Of a DNA stretch of 32,000 nt, positions 23,912 to 31,450 are shown one piece after another. Within the stretch, counting starts at the first letter, position 1. Each line of letters opens with the position of its first letter. The notes under the pieces were generated by a model that did no database searches, was not told the DNA's origin, and saw only the letters and a program-made list of their open reading frames with translations. Source of the DNA: Candidatus Enterocola sp. GTDB lineage: Bacteria; Bacteroidota; Bacteroidia; Bacteroidales; Paludibacteraceae. The position numbers were made by a program, and so were the translations under genes. The stretch lies in NCBI GenBank assembly GCA_045617165.1, contig JAZLIE010000152.1, positions 1-32,000 on the forward strand. Reading direction: 5' to 3'.

Positions 23912-26287
23912 ATGAAAACTGTTATTTTTTCTTATAATCCGTATTTGGTACAGACAAGTATCATAGTAGACGGACAAACTCCCGACTGTGAGAATTTACA
24001 AGTTTCACAAGGTGTTCGCTTACAAGAATGGGTAGAGGAGCTTCCTAAGATTCTCGCCAAAGAGTATAATGACAAGATTGATTTGCGTTTTATTGGAACG
24101 AAAATTGATTTTGAGGATGTACGCGTAGCATTCAAAGAGAGTGGCATTGCATATACTTTGACATTAGAGGAAGAAAAAGAGGATGTTGATGCGGCAGAGA
24201 AAACGATTGACAGAATCTTTAAAGACATTCAAAGTGGACCAATAGCTGATCTAAAGACCAAAGGAATAAGAGATACCTTTAAGAAAGCTAAATCCTCCGA
24301 GTTCGAGGTAAATGTAGTGGCAACTATGAGTTCTGGGAAGTCAACACTTATCAATGCTTTATTGGGACGCAAACTGATGCCAGCAAAAAATGAGGCCACA
24401 ACAGCTACAATTGTTAAAATCAAGGATGTAGATGGAAAGAAAGATTTCTCTGCGGTGGCCTATGATCGTAACCATAAGGTAGTTGAACACTTTGAGAAAG
24501 TAACTCTCAAGGATATGCAAAGACTTAACGATAACGAACGAATTTATTATATTGATATTGAGGGTGATATCAAGTTTGTTTCTTCTGAAGGTATGAGTCT
24601 TGTTCTTGTAGATACTCCAGGACCTAACAATTCTCGAGATTTGCATCATCAAGAAATGACTTTTAAGATGTTGGAGAATTCTGATAAGTCGCTGGTGCTT
24701 TTCGTAATGAATGGAAGACAATTAGGTATCAACGATGAAAAGATTTTCTTGGATTTTATCTGCTCTAACATGAAGAAGGGAGGAAAAAAGACCCGAGATC
24801 GCTATATATTTGCAGTTAATCAGTTGGATGCATTTAAACCTAATCCTGATGATGATGGGGAAGAATGCATCCAAAAAGCCCTTGATTCGGCAAGAGCAAG
24901 CCTAAACGAAAGGGGAATAAAAGATGCGAATATCTTCCCAGTTTCTGCTGGAGTTGCCTTGGAAAAACGTATAGACGACGAAGATGAAGAATTAATGCGT
25001 CCTTTCTATAAGAAATCGAAGAAGTATGCAGCAATGCGATTTAATGAATACAAAGAGTTTACACATTTACCGCAATCTGTACTAGAACAGATGAAATCTC
25101 ATATGGAGGAATTGGATGATAAAGACAAGGTGGAGTATTATTCAGGCATCTGTAGTATAGAAGAAGCTATACGTCTATACATCAACAAATATGCTCGTAC
25201 GACAAAGGTTTGTGACCTTGTTTTGTCGTTTAACAGCCAGCTAACCGAGTTGGCTACAATGGCTCGGATAGAAGATAGTATTCGCAAGGATGCAAGTTTT
25301 AAGCGTCAGTTAAATGAAGAGATTGAAAAGGCAAAGAAACTTATCTCTGATTCGAAGTTAACACAAGAGTTTACATCAAATGTATATAATACTAACTATA
25401 CCGCTGAGACAGAGCGTGATATAGCATATGCTATTAGTGATGCTAAAACTCAGTTTAGAGACTTGGTTAAAGGAAAGAGTTATAAAGTGGACTTGAAACA
25501 AGCCGAAGCTCAAAGTCAAAGCATTTGTCGTCAGTATGACCAATGCGCCGCACAAATCAATGTCCGCATAAATAGCATCATTCAAAACTCCTTCAAGAAA
25601 AGCCTATCTCAAGTTATCTCACAATATGTTAGGCACTTGTCAATTTTAGGAATCACTCCTCAATCTTTGAATCTGTCTACATATTCTGGAATAACCGTTT
25701 CTGCACCGAACATGCAGAAAAAAATGGGAGATAACAAGAAAACATATGATGAAAGTTATATTGTTGATGAAGAGTATCGTGTGAAGGTAGATTCAACAAA
25801 GGGACGAAATGGATGGATAGGCACAACTACGATGGCTGGTGTGGGAGCTACTATTGGCTCTGTAATACCAGTAATTGGTACTGCTGCTGGTGCCTTCTTT
25901 GGTGGTCTTATCGGACTAATCGCAGGCCGATCTTTCGGTCATGATGAATATTATGAAACAAAATATCGTCCAAAGAAGATTGAAAAGTACGTTGACTACG
26001 TTAACATGCATGAAGTCGCAACTTCAGCATCTCATGACTTTGATATCAAAATGAATGAGTTGGAAGATCGTGCTCGTTCATATATTAACGACGAAAACGA
26101 GCGTCTTAAGAAAAGTATTAAAGAGAAAATAAACGAAGTTGATACTTTGATGCTTAAGAAGTTGAATGATTTGCAGACAATGCAGAATCGTGATAAAGAA
26201 ACGGCAGAAGAAATTGCCCGTAAGACATCGGAAAAAGAATGGTTGGAGAGCATACAAAAACGTGTTAATGACCTGATTAATTTCTGA
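23912..26287 (+). CDS. Dynamin-family large GTPase (bacterial dynamin-like protein) with a glycine-zipper membrane hairpin
   Basis: 791 aa. G1 is ATMSSGKST (K143), the G2 region is NEATTATIV, G3 is DTPG and G4 is NQLD. A long helical stalk follows. The hydrophobic Gly-rich segment is GWIGTTTMAGVGATIGSVIPVIGTAAGAFFGGLIGLIAGRSF (about nt 25810-25940). The C-terminus is coiled-coil-like. An unassigned N-terminal domain of ~110 aa precedes the GTPase. Confidence 0.85.
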   Translation: MKTVIFSYNPYLVQTSIIVDGQTPDCENLQVSQGVRLQEWVEELPKILAKEYNDKIDLRFIGTKIDFEDVRVAFKESGIAYTLTLEEEKEDVDAAEKTIDRIFKDIQSGPIADLKTKGIRDTFKKAKSSEFEVNVVATMSSGKSTLINALLGRKLMPAKNEATTATIVKIKDVDGKKDFSAVAYDRNHKVVEHFEKVTLKDMQRLNDNERIYYIDIEGDIKFVSSEGMSLVLVDTPGPNNSRDLHHQEMTFKMLENSDKSLVLFVMNGRQLGINDEKIFLDFICSNMKKGGKKTRDRYIFAVNQLDAFKPNPDDDGEECIQKALDSARASLNERGIKDANIFPVSAGVALEKRIDDEDEELMRPFYKKSKKYAAMRFNEYKEFTHLPQSVLEQMKSHMEELDDKDKVEYYSGICSIEEAIRLYINKYARTTKVCDLVLSFNSQLTELATMARIEDSIRKDASFKRQLNEEIEKAKKLISDSKLTQEFTSNVYNTNYTAETERDIAYAISDAKTQFRDLVKGKSYKVDLKQAEAQSQSICRQYDQCAAQINVRINSIIQNSFKKSLSQVISQYVRHLSILGITPQSLNLSTYSGITVSAPNMQKKMGDNKKTYDESYIVDEEYRVKVDSTKGRNGWIGTTTMAGVGATIGSVIPVIGTAAGAFFGGLIGLIAGRSFGHDEYYETKYRPKKIEKYVDYVNMHEVATSASHDFDIKMNELEDRARSYINDENERLKKSIKEKINEVDTLMLKKLNDLQTMQNRDKETAEEIARKTSEKEWLESIQKRVNDLINF

Positions 26288-26289
26288 TT

Positions 26290-27258
26290 ATGCCATATTC
26301 AGAAGTTGAATTTTCTTCAGATAGAGTAAAACTAAGAAAGGGGGAAAACGAGAGGGCTGTGCTTTCATGGAATGCTCAAGGTGCGTCATCTGTGACTCTT
26401 TCGGCTCCCTCGTTGTCTCTATCTGTTAATTCAGAAGGGAACTATGTAGTTTCTCCAGAGCAAACTACGACATATAAATTAGTTGCAACATATCCTGATG
26501 GCTCAACACAAACAAAGCACATGCAGATAGAGATTCATCCGGCGGCATATTTGTCTTATGATGTTGTAGAACATATTGATGGAGATAATGTCTCTGCCGA
26601 ACTGATGTGGAGCATTGAAAATGCACAAAATGTACAAATTGATGGTGTGTTGGTTCCTTCAAAAGGTTTCAAAAGCTATTTAATCAATCATCAAGTGTAT
26701 GCACAAATCCAATATGATGATCCTTTCGGATCTCATAGCAAAACTATATGCATATGTCAGGAGAATAAATCGTTTTGGGTCTTATTGAAAGTCGTAAAAC
26801 TTCTGCTACGTCCGTTCACCTTTATTGGATTTGTAGGGAAAAAAGAGATGCGTTGGACTATTAGATTGTGTTTTATTGGTATTGCTTCCACATTGGGTAT
26901 CTTTATTGCCAATAATTCTTCAATGATAGAACAAAATGAATGGCTTCAACTGTTTAATGGGCATGACTTCTTTAGGGCACGTAATATTCTAAGCGTGTTC
27001 TTATACATTTGGATGATGCAACTAGGTAAACGCTGGAAAGACACTAATATATCACAATGGTGCGTATTGCTTTTTGTTCCATTAATTGTGTTTTTATGGA
27101 TACCAATAGGTATTTTAGTAAGCACTTTTGATACAGATTACGTTTTACTATACGCCTTATGGACTGAATACTTGGGATTATTTTGGTTGACATCATTAAT
27201 AGTTGCATGCATGAACTCTAAACATAAGCAAAAATATCAAAAGATAAAGGTCTGGTAA
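26290..27258 (+). CDS. Membrane protein: two tandem Ig-like/beta-sandwich repeats and a C-terminal multi-TM DUF805-like domain
   Basis: 322 aa, starting 2 nt after the dynamin stop. The repeats are VLSWNAQGASSVTLS...TTTYKLVA and ELMWSIENAQNVQIDG. There are four or more hydrophobic segments from residue ~160. The motif GKRWKDTNISQWCVLLFVPLI resembles the DUF805 RRLHD..SGWW..L..P signature. No N-terminal signal peptide is evident. Confidence 0.7.
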   Translation: MPYSEVEFSSDRVKLRKGENERAVLSWNAQGASSVTLSAPSLSLSVNSEGNYVVSPEQTTTYKLVATYPDGSTQTKHMQIEIHPAAYLSYDVVEHIDGDNVSAELMWSIENAQNVQIDGVLVPSKGFKSYLINHQVYAQIQYDDPFGSHSKTICICQENKSFWVLLKVVKLLLRPFTFIGFVGKKEMRWTIRLCFIGIASTLGIFIANNSSMIEQNEWLQLFNGHDFFRARNILSVFLYIWMMQLGKRWKDTNISQWCVLLFVPLIVFLWIPIGILVSTFDTDYVLLYALWTEYLGLFWLTSLIVACMNSKHKQKYQKIKVW

Positions 27259-27281
27259 TCATTTTTTGCTTAAACAATAAA

Positions 27282-27320
27282 GTGTAAACTCGAAGCGTTT
27301 TGAGATTACACTATTCTTTT
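27282..27320 (+). terminator. Probable rho-independent terminator closing the five-gene cluster
   Basis: The stem is GTGTAAACTC / GAGATTACAC (9 of 10 paired), followed by TATTCTTTT. Confidence 0.5.
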
Positions 27321-27420
27321 ATACTCTTTGTTATGAGTAAAAAGTATCGGATTTCGTTTTTCCTCTCTTCTTTCAACCTAGTCAAGACGCTTTTCATCAA
27401 AATATAGAAAGTAAATTAAG

Positions 27421-27492
27421 ATGGTGGGCTTCATATGGCATAGGCAACAACAATATTGTAGATTGCACGGTAGCATGTGCCGTATATGAATA
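27421..27492 (+). pseudogene. Diverged, frameshifted remnant of the 3' end of a GGGtGRT gene
   Basis: It aligns codon by codon with 18276-18347. An identical 16-mer TGGCATAGGCAACAAC occurs at 27436-27451 and at 18290-18305. After a 1-nt insertion it translates GIGNNNIVDCTVACAVYE*, compared with GIGNNPMVGCTVACAVNV in the intact gene. No upstream coding body is present. Confidence 0.8.
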
Positions 27493-27576
27493 GTTGAGCG
27501 TGGAATAAATATTTTTCAACTGTAACTGAAATAACTGAAATAGTTTATTTGATTTTGATTTTTTTCAAAAACAACT

Positions 27577-27584
27577 TATCTTTG
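27577..27584 (+). promoter_or_regulatory. Bacteroidota -7 promoter box (TATCTTTG) for the GHKL-ATPase/DUF4325 pair
   Basis: Exact TATCTTTG, 25 nt upstream of the ATG at 27609, with TTTG repeats about 20-30 nt further upstream. Confidence 0.55.
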
Positions 27585-27608
27585 TAGTTGGATAGTCGTA
27601 AAGATATA

Positions 27609-28331
27609 ATGAATATAGCTGAATCTGATTCTATTGTAGAGATTTTAGAGCATGTCTTGTTGACCGCCTCAAATTCGCCGTGCCTACCATCCAAATCCAA
27701 TGAAAGGGAGAAACTTTTGCTGACATTGTATCACGTGTTACTTGGCGAAAAACAAACAACAAGTGGACTGATTCCCATCTGTATGAACGAGCAAATGGGA
27801 GCAGATATAAAGAAATTGGAAGATAGCATTCAAAGTTCTTGTCACTGTCCTTTTCTTAAGCAAGCGATGTCGTACTTTATTAGCGAATTGATTTGTAACG
27901 TAGAGCAACATGCTGGGGTAGAACAAGGCTATGGCATAGTACATTATTCCGCCAAGAGTAATAGACTGCTTGTAGGCATAGCAGACGGTGGTATTTCTAT
28001 CTATGGAAGTTATGTTCGTGCACAAAAATATTTGGCGGAGGTTGGCAATAGTGATGCACAAGCACTTTATCTTGCTCAAAATGGATATTCTACAAAGAAC
28101 CTACCTAATGCAGAGAATCGTGGATATGGCATTTCCTCTAATTCTCGGATGATAGTAGATGGATTAGGCGGCACATTCGCCATTTTGTCCGGTAATGCAC
28201 TATATTATCATTCTGCACAAAGCAAGCGTATATTTGCCCTTCCTGAAGATTTTGTTTGGCCTGGCACCTTGGTCCTGGCAGATATTTCCGTTGAAGAAAG
28301 GAAATTTAGTTTATATGATTATATTGGTTGA
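27609..28331 (+). CDS. GHKL/HATPase_c-like ATP-binding protein (RsbW/SpoIIAB-like serine kinase fold)
   Basis: The N-box is ELICNVEQHA, the G1-like motif is IADGGISIYG and the G2-like motif is NRGYGISS. The ORF-track TTG at 27588 is only 4 nt past the -7 box, so I prefer ATG 27609 (MNIAESD). Confidence 0.65.
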   Translation: MNIAESDSIVEILEHVLLTASNSPCLPSKSNEREKLLLTLYHVLLGEKQTTSGLIPICMNEQMGADIKKLEDSIQSSCHCPFLKQAMSYFISELICNVEQHAGVEQGYGIVHYSAKSNRLLVGIADGGISIYGSYVRAQKYLAEVGNSDAQALYLAQNGYSTKNLPNAENRGYGISSNSRMIVDGLGGTFAILSGNALYYHSAQSKRIFALPEDFVWPGTLVLADISVEERKFSLYDYIG

Positions 28332-28334
28332 AAT

Positions 28335-28667
28335 ATGAAACATTTACTTAAAATAGCAGACCAATTTGGAACAGAGTTTCGCACTCGTTCGCTTGTGGAA
28401 CGATTGGGGGCTTCGCTTGTGCCGAAAGATGAATATATGTTCGATATGTCCGGCATTGAATTGATTTCTCGTTCTGCCGCTGATGAATTGTATAATATCT
28501 CTATGTCTCATCATGTAGAGATTATTCACATGACTCCTTTTGTGCAACAGATGTATGATGCAGTCAAATTAGGGCGATTTCAACCTCGCCAGCATTTGAG
28601 TAGCGATGTAGAGTTTATCCAATGCACAGACTTGCACTCCTTGAGTGCTCTCGTGCAGAAAATATAA
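28335..28667 (+). CDS. STAS-like DUF4325 domain protein
   Basis: 110 aa starting 3 nt after the ATPase stop. The motif FDMSGIELISRSAADELYNI is the DUF4325 signature (DF.GV..IS.SFADE). Confidence 0.65.
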   Translation: MKHLLKIADQFGTEFRTRSLVERLGASLVPKDEYMFDMSGIELISRSAADELYNISMSHHVEIIHMTPFVQQMYDAVKLGRFQPRQHLSSDVEFIQCTDLHSLSALVQKI

Positions 28668-28731
28668 TCCTCGACTTCGTACACTCTATAGTAAGTTCCG
28701 AAGATACTAAACACCTTAAAACTACGACTAT

Positions 28732-31290
28732 ATGAAAAAATCTTTACTTGCACTATGCTTACTCACAAGCATTGCGATGAACGCACAGACATTCTCCACA
28801 TTTGACTCACGTACCGATTTCCGTGATGAGTCAATCTATTTTGTAATGACCACCCGTTTCTTTGACGGCGATAAGACAAACAACGTACACTGCTGGGACG
28901 GACACAATGAGGGCGACCCTGAGTGGCGTGGTGATTTCAAAGGTCTTATTGAGAAGATGGACTACATTAAGGCGTTGGGATTCACTGCCATTTGGGTAAC
29001 ACCTATTGTAGAGAACGCCAGCGGTCTTGACTATCACGGCTATCACGCATCTGACTTCTCAAAAGTTGACCACCGCTATGAATCTCAAGGCGTTGGTTTT
29101 AAGGAGGTTGTAGATGCCGCACACGCACGTGGTATGAAAATTATTCTTGACATTGTAATCAACCACACAGGTAACTTTGGCGAGGCTAACCTATGCCCTA
29201 TGTTCAAGCGTGACTGGACAAAAGACCAGTCAAGTGCAGAGGAGTGTATGGTACGCATACCACAGAGTGAAGGCGGTGTGCTTCCTAACAATTATGAGTC
29301 TTTGCAACCAGGCGAGCAATATGCCGCACGTCTTTCAAAGATGAAGAACTCAAACGATGAGAAGGGACAGAAAAAGAACTATGACTCCCATAACTATTGG
29401 CATCACTTCGCCAATTTCAACTGGGACGACCCTACACGTTGGTTCGCTCAGATTGCAGGAGACTGCGTTGACCTTAACACAGAGAATCCTGCCGTGTCAC
29501 AATACCTTGTAAACTGCTACAACCAATTTATTCAAATGGGTGTTGACGGTTTCCGCATTGATACATCGGGGCACATAGCCCGTCTTGCTTTCAACAAGAA
29601 CTTTATTCCACAGTTCACACAACTTGGTGCTAATGCCTTTAACAAGCGTGGTGCCGCCGCAAGCAAATTCTTTATGTTTGGTGAGGTTTGCGCCCGCTAT
29701 AACAGTGACATCTGCTATCGTCAGCACGATAACCTCTCACCTTTCTACTACACTTGGGCTGAGAGCAAGAACTATGCGTGGGATTCAGACCCATCTTCTT
29801 GGGATAAAATAGTGGCTATGGAGGGTGATGAATGCAAGACCCATACAAACCATAAATCAGCGTGGGCTCAGGGTGATGATGACTTTGGCTATTTCAAAGG
29901 TCCTCAATCACAGAACGCTCTTCTTAACGGCAACACATATCACACACCAGACTACTCTAAGGCAAGCGGACTTAATGTAATTGACTTCCCTATGCACTGG
30001 ACTTTCAAGTCTGCTGAAGGAGCGTTTAATATGGGTCGTCCAGACCAGGATAAGTACTACAATGATGCCACATTCAATGTTGTATATGTTGACTCCCACG
30101 ACTACGGACCAGATGAGGACACCCGTTTTGACGGCACTGAGGATACCTGGGCTGAGAATATGGATTTAATGTTTACATATCGTGGCATACCTTGTATATA
30201 CTATGGCTCTGAAGTTCAGTTCCAAAAAGGCAAGATTTGTGACAAAGGCGCTCTTGAACCGCTTATCAATACAGGTAGAGCCTACTTTGGCGGCTATATG
30301 AAGGGTGATGTAACCGCCTCAAACTTTGGTGAGTACACCGCACAGGCTGGAACAAACGCAGAGGCATCTCTGTCACAACACCTGTCACAACACCTTATGC
30401 GTCTGAACAAGATTCGTCAGGCAATACCTGCCCTGCGTAAAGGACAATACTCTGTAACAGGTTGTAACAGAAACGGTGCAGTTGCCGCATTCAAACGCCG
30501 CTATACAGACAGTAATGTGGATTCATACGTACTTGTTGCAATATCTGGTAACGCAAACTTCACAGGCATTGAGAACGGAACATATAAAGATGCCATTACA
30601 GGCGATACAAAAACAGTATCTAACGGACAACTCTCCGTATCTTGTAACGGAAAGGGCAATATGCGTGTCTATGTACTCTCTACCGCCAAGACTCCTGCCC
30701 CTGGCAAGATTGGCAATGACACCTATTATCTATATAGTTCATCAAGAGGTGGCGTTACACCTAAGAAGTGGGACGGCACAGAGATGGAACTTGAAGATGA
30801 CCCGACCCCTCCGGGACCTGTAACAGAGCCTTGTCTTACCACTGCCGACGAGATGGCGGTCTTCTTCACCAAACCTGATGATTGGGGTAAGACCATAAAA
30901 GTTCATATCTGGGGCGGTACAAAGGGAACAAGTTGGCCCGGGCTTTCAGCAACAAGCCTTGGTAATGGCGTTTACAAATTCACTGTTCCGGCGGAATATG
31001 GCACACCTAAACAGATTATATGGAACAGCAATGGCAGTCCGCAAACTCAGGACCTTGATTTCAAGAACCACTATATGTACAATAAAGATGGTGCTACAAG
31101 TACCGTAATTACAAAAATATGCCCTCTTGTTGATGCGGAAGATGTTTATGAGGATACTGAGCAGGAATCTGTAAATGAGACTCCCGCAGACAACTTGTAT
31201 CACGACTTGCTTGGTCGTACATACGAATACCCTGTACATCCGGGTATATATATGCATAAAGGTTCAAAGTACCTGCATTTTGACTGGTAA
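28732..31290 (+). CDS. Secreted GH13 alpha-amylase family glycoside hydrolase with C-terminal starch-binding-like module
   Basis: 852 aa with a signal peptide. The GH13 regions are DIVINHTG (I), GFRIDTSGHI (II), FMFGEV (III) and YVDSHD (IV). The C-terminal ~100 aa (VHIWGGTKGTSWPGLSATSLGNGVYKF) resemble a CBM25/26-type module. Confidence 0.9.
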   Translation: MKKSLLALCLLTSIAMNAQTFSTFDSRTDFRDESIYFVMTTRFFDGDKTNNVHCWDGHNEGDPEWRGDFKGLIEKMDYIKALGFTAIWVTPIVENASGLDYHGYHASDFSKVDHRYESQGVGFKEVVDAAHARGMKIILDIVINHTGNFGEANLCPMFKRDWTKDQSSAEECMVRIPQSEGGVLPNNYESLQPGEQYAARLSKMKNSNDEKGQKKNYDSHNYWHHFANFNWDDPTRWFAQIAGDCVDLNTENPAVSQYLVNCYNQFIQMGVDGFRIDTSGHIARLAFNKNFIPQFTQLGANAFNKRGAAASKFFMFGEVCARYNSDICYRQHDNLSPFYYTWAESKNYAWDSDPSSWDKIVAMEGDECKTHTNHKSAWAQGDDDFGYFKGPQSQNALLNGNTYHTPDYSKASGLNVIDFPMHWTFKSAEGAFNMGRPDQDKYYNDATFNVVYVDSHDYGPDEDTRFDGTEDTWAENMDLMFTYRGIPCIYYGSEVQFQKGKICDKGALEPLINTGRAYFGGYMKGDVTASNFGEYTAQAGTNAEASLSQHLSQHLMRLNKIRQAIPALRKGQYSVTGCNRNGAVAAFKRRYTDSNVDSYVLVAISGNANFTGIENGTYKDAITGDTKTVSNGQLSVSCNGKGNMRVYVLSTAKTPAPGKIGNDTYYLYSSSRGGVTPKKWDGTEMELEDDPTPPGPVTEPCLTTADEMAVFFTKPDDWGKTIKVHIWGGTKGTSWPGLSATSLGNGVYKFTVPAEYGTPKQIIWNSNGSPQTQDLDFKNHYMYNKDGATSTVITKICPLVDAEDVYEDTEQESVNETPADNLYHDLLGRTYEYPVHPGIYMHKGSKYLHFDW

Positions 31291-31328
31291 ACAGCCCCCT
31301 TTTTAATTTTATATGAATAAAAAATGCG

Positions 31329-31353
31329 GCTTGTCCCACAATATGAGACAAGC
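31329..31353 (+). terminator. Hairpin downstream of the amylase gene (weak terminator)
   Basis: The stem is GCTTGTC / GACAAGC with an 11-nt loop, and the 3' flank is T-rich. Confidence 0.4.
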
Positions 31354-31421
31354 TGTATTTATCTTTGTATGTGTTAATAAATTGCATTGTACAAAAGTGC
31401 AACTTATTGAAATAATTTTTT

Positions 31422-31429
31422 TATCTTTG
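31422..31429 (+). promoter_or_regulatory. Bacteroidota -7 promoter box (TATCTTTG) for the DUF2075-like gene
   Basis: Exact TATCTTTG, 22 nt upstream of the ATG at 31451. A second copy lies at 31360-31367. Confidence 0.5.
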
Positions 31430-31450
31430 TAAGTACACGCAATAAAAAAT

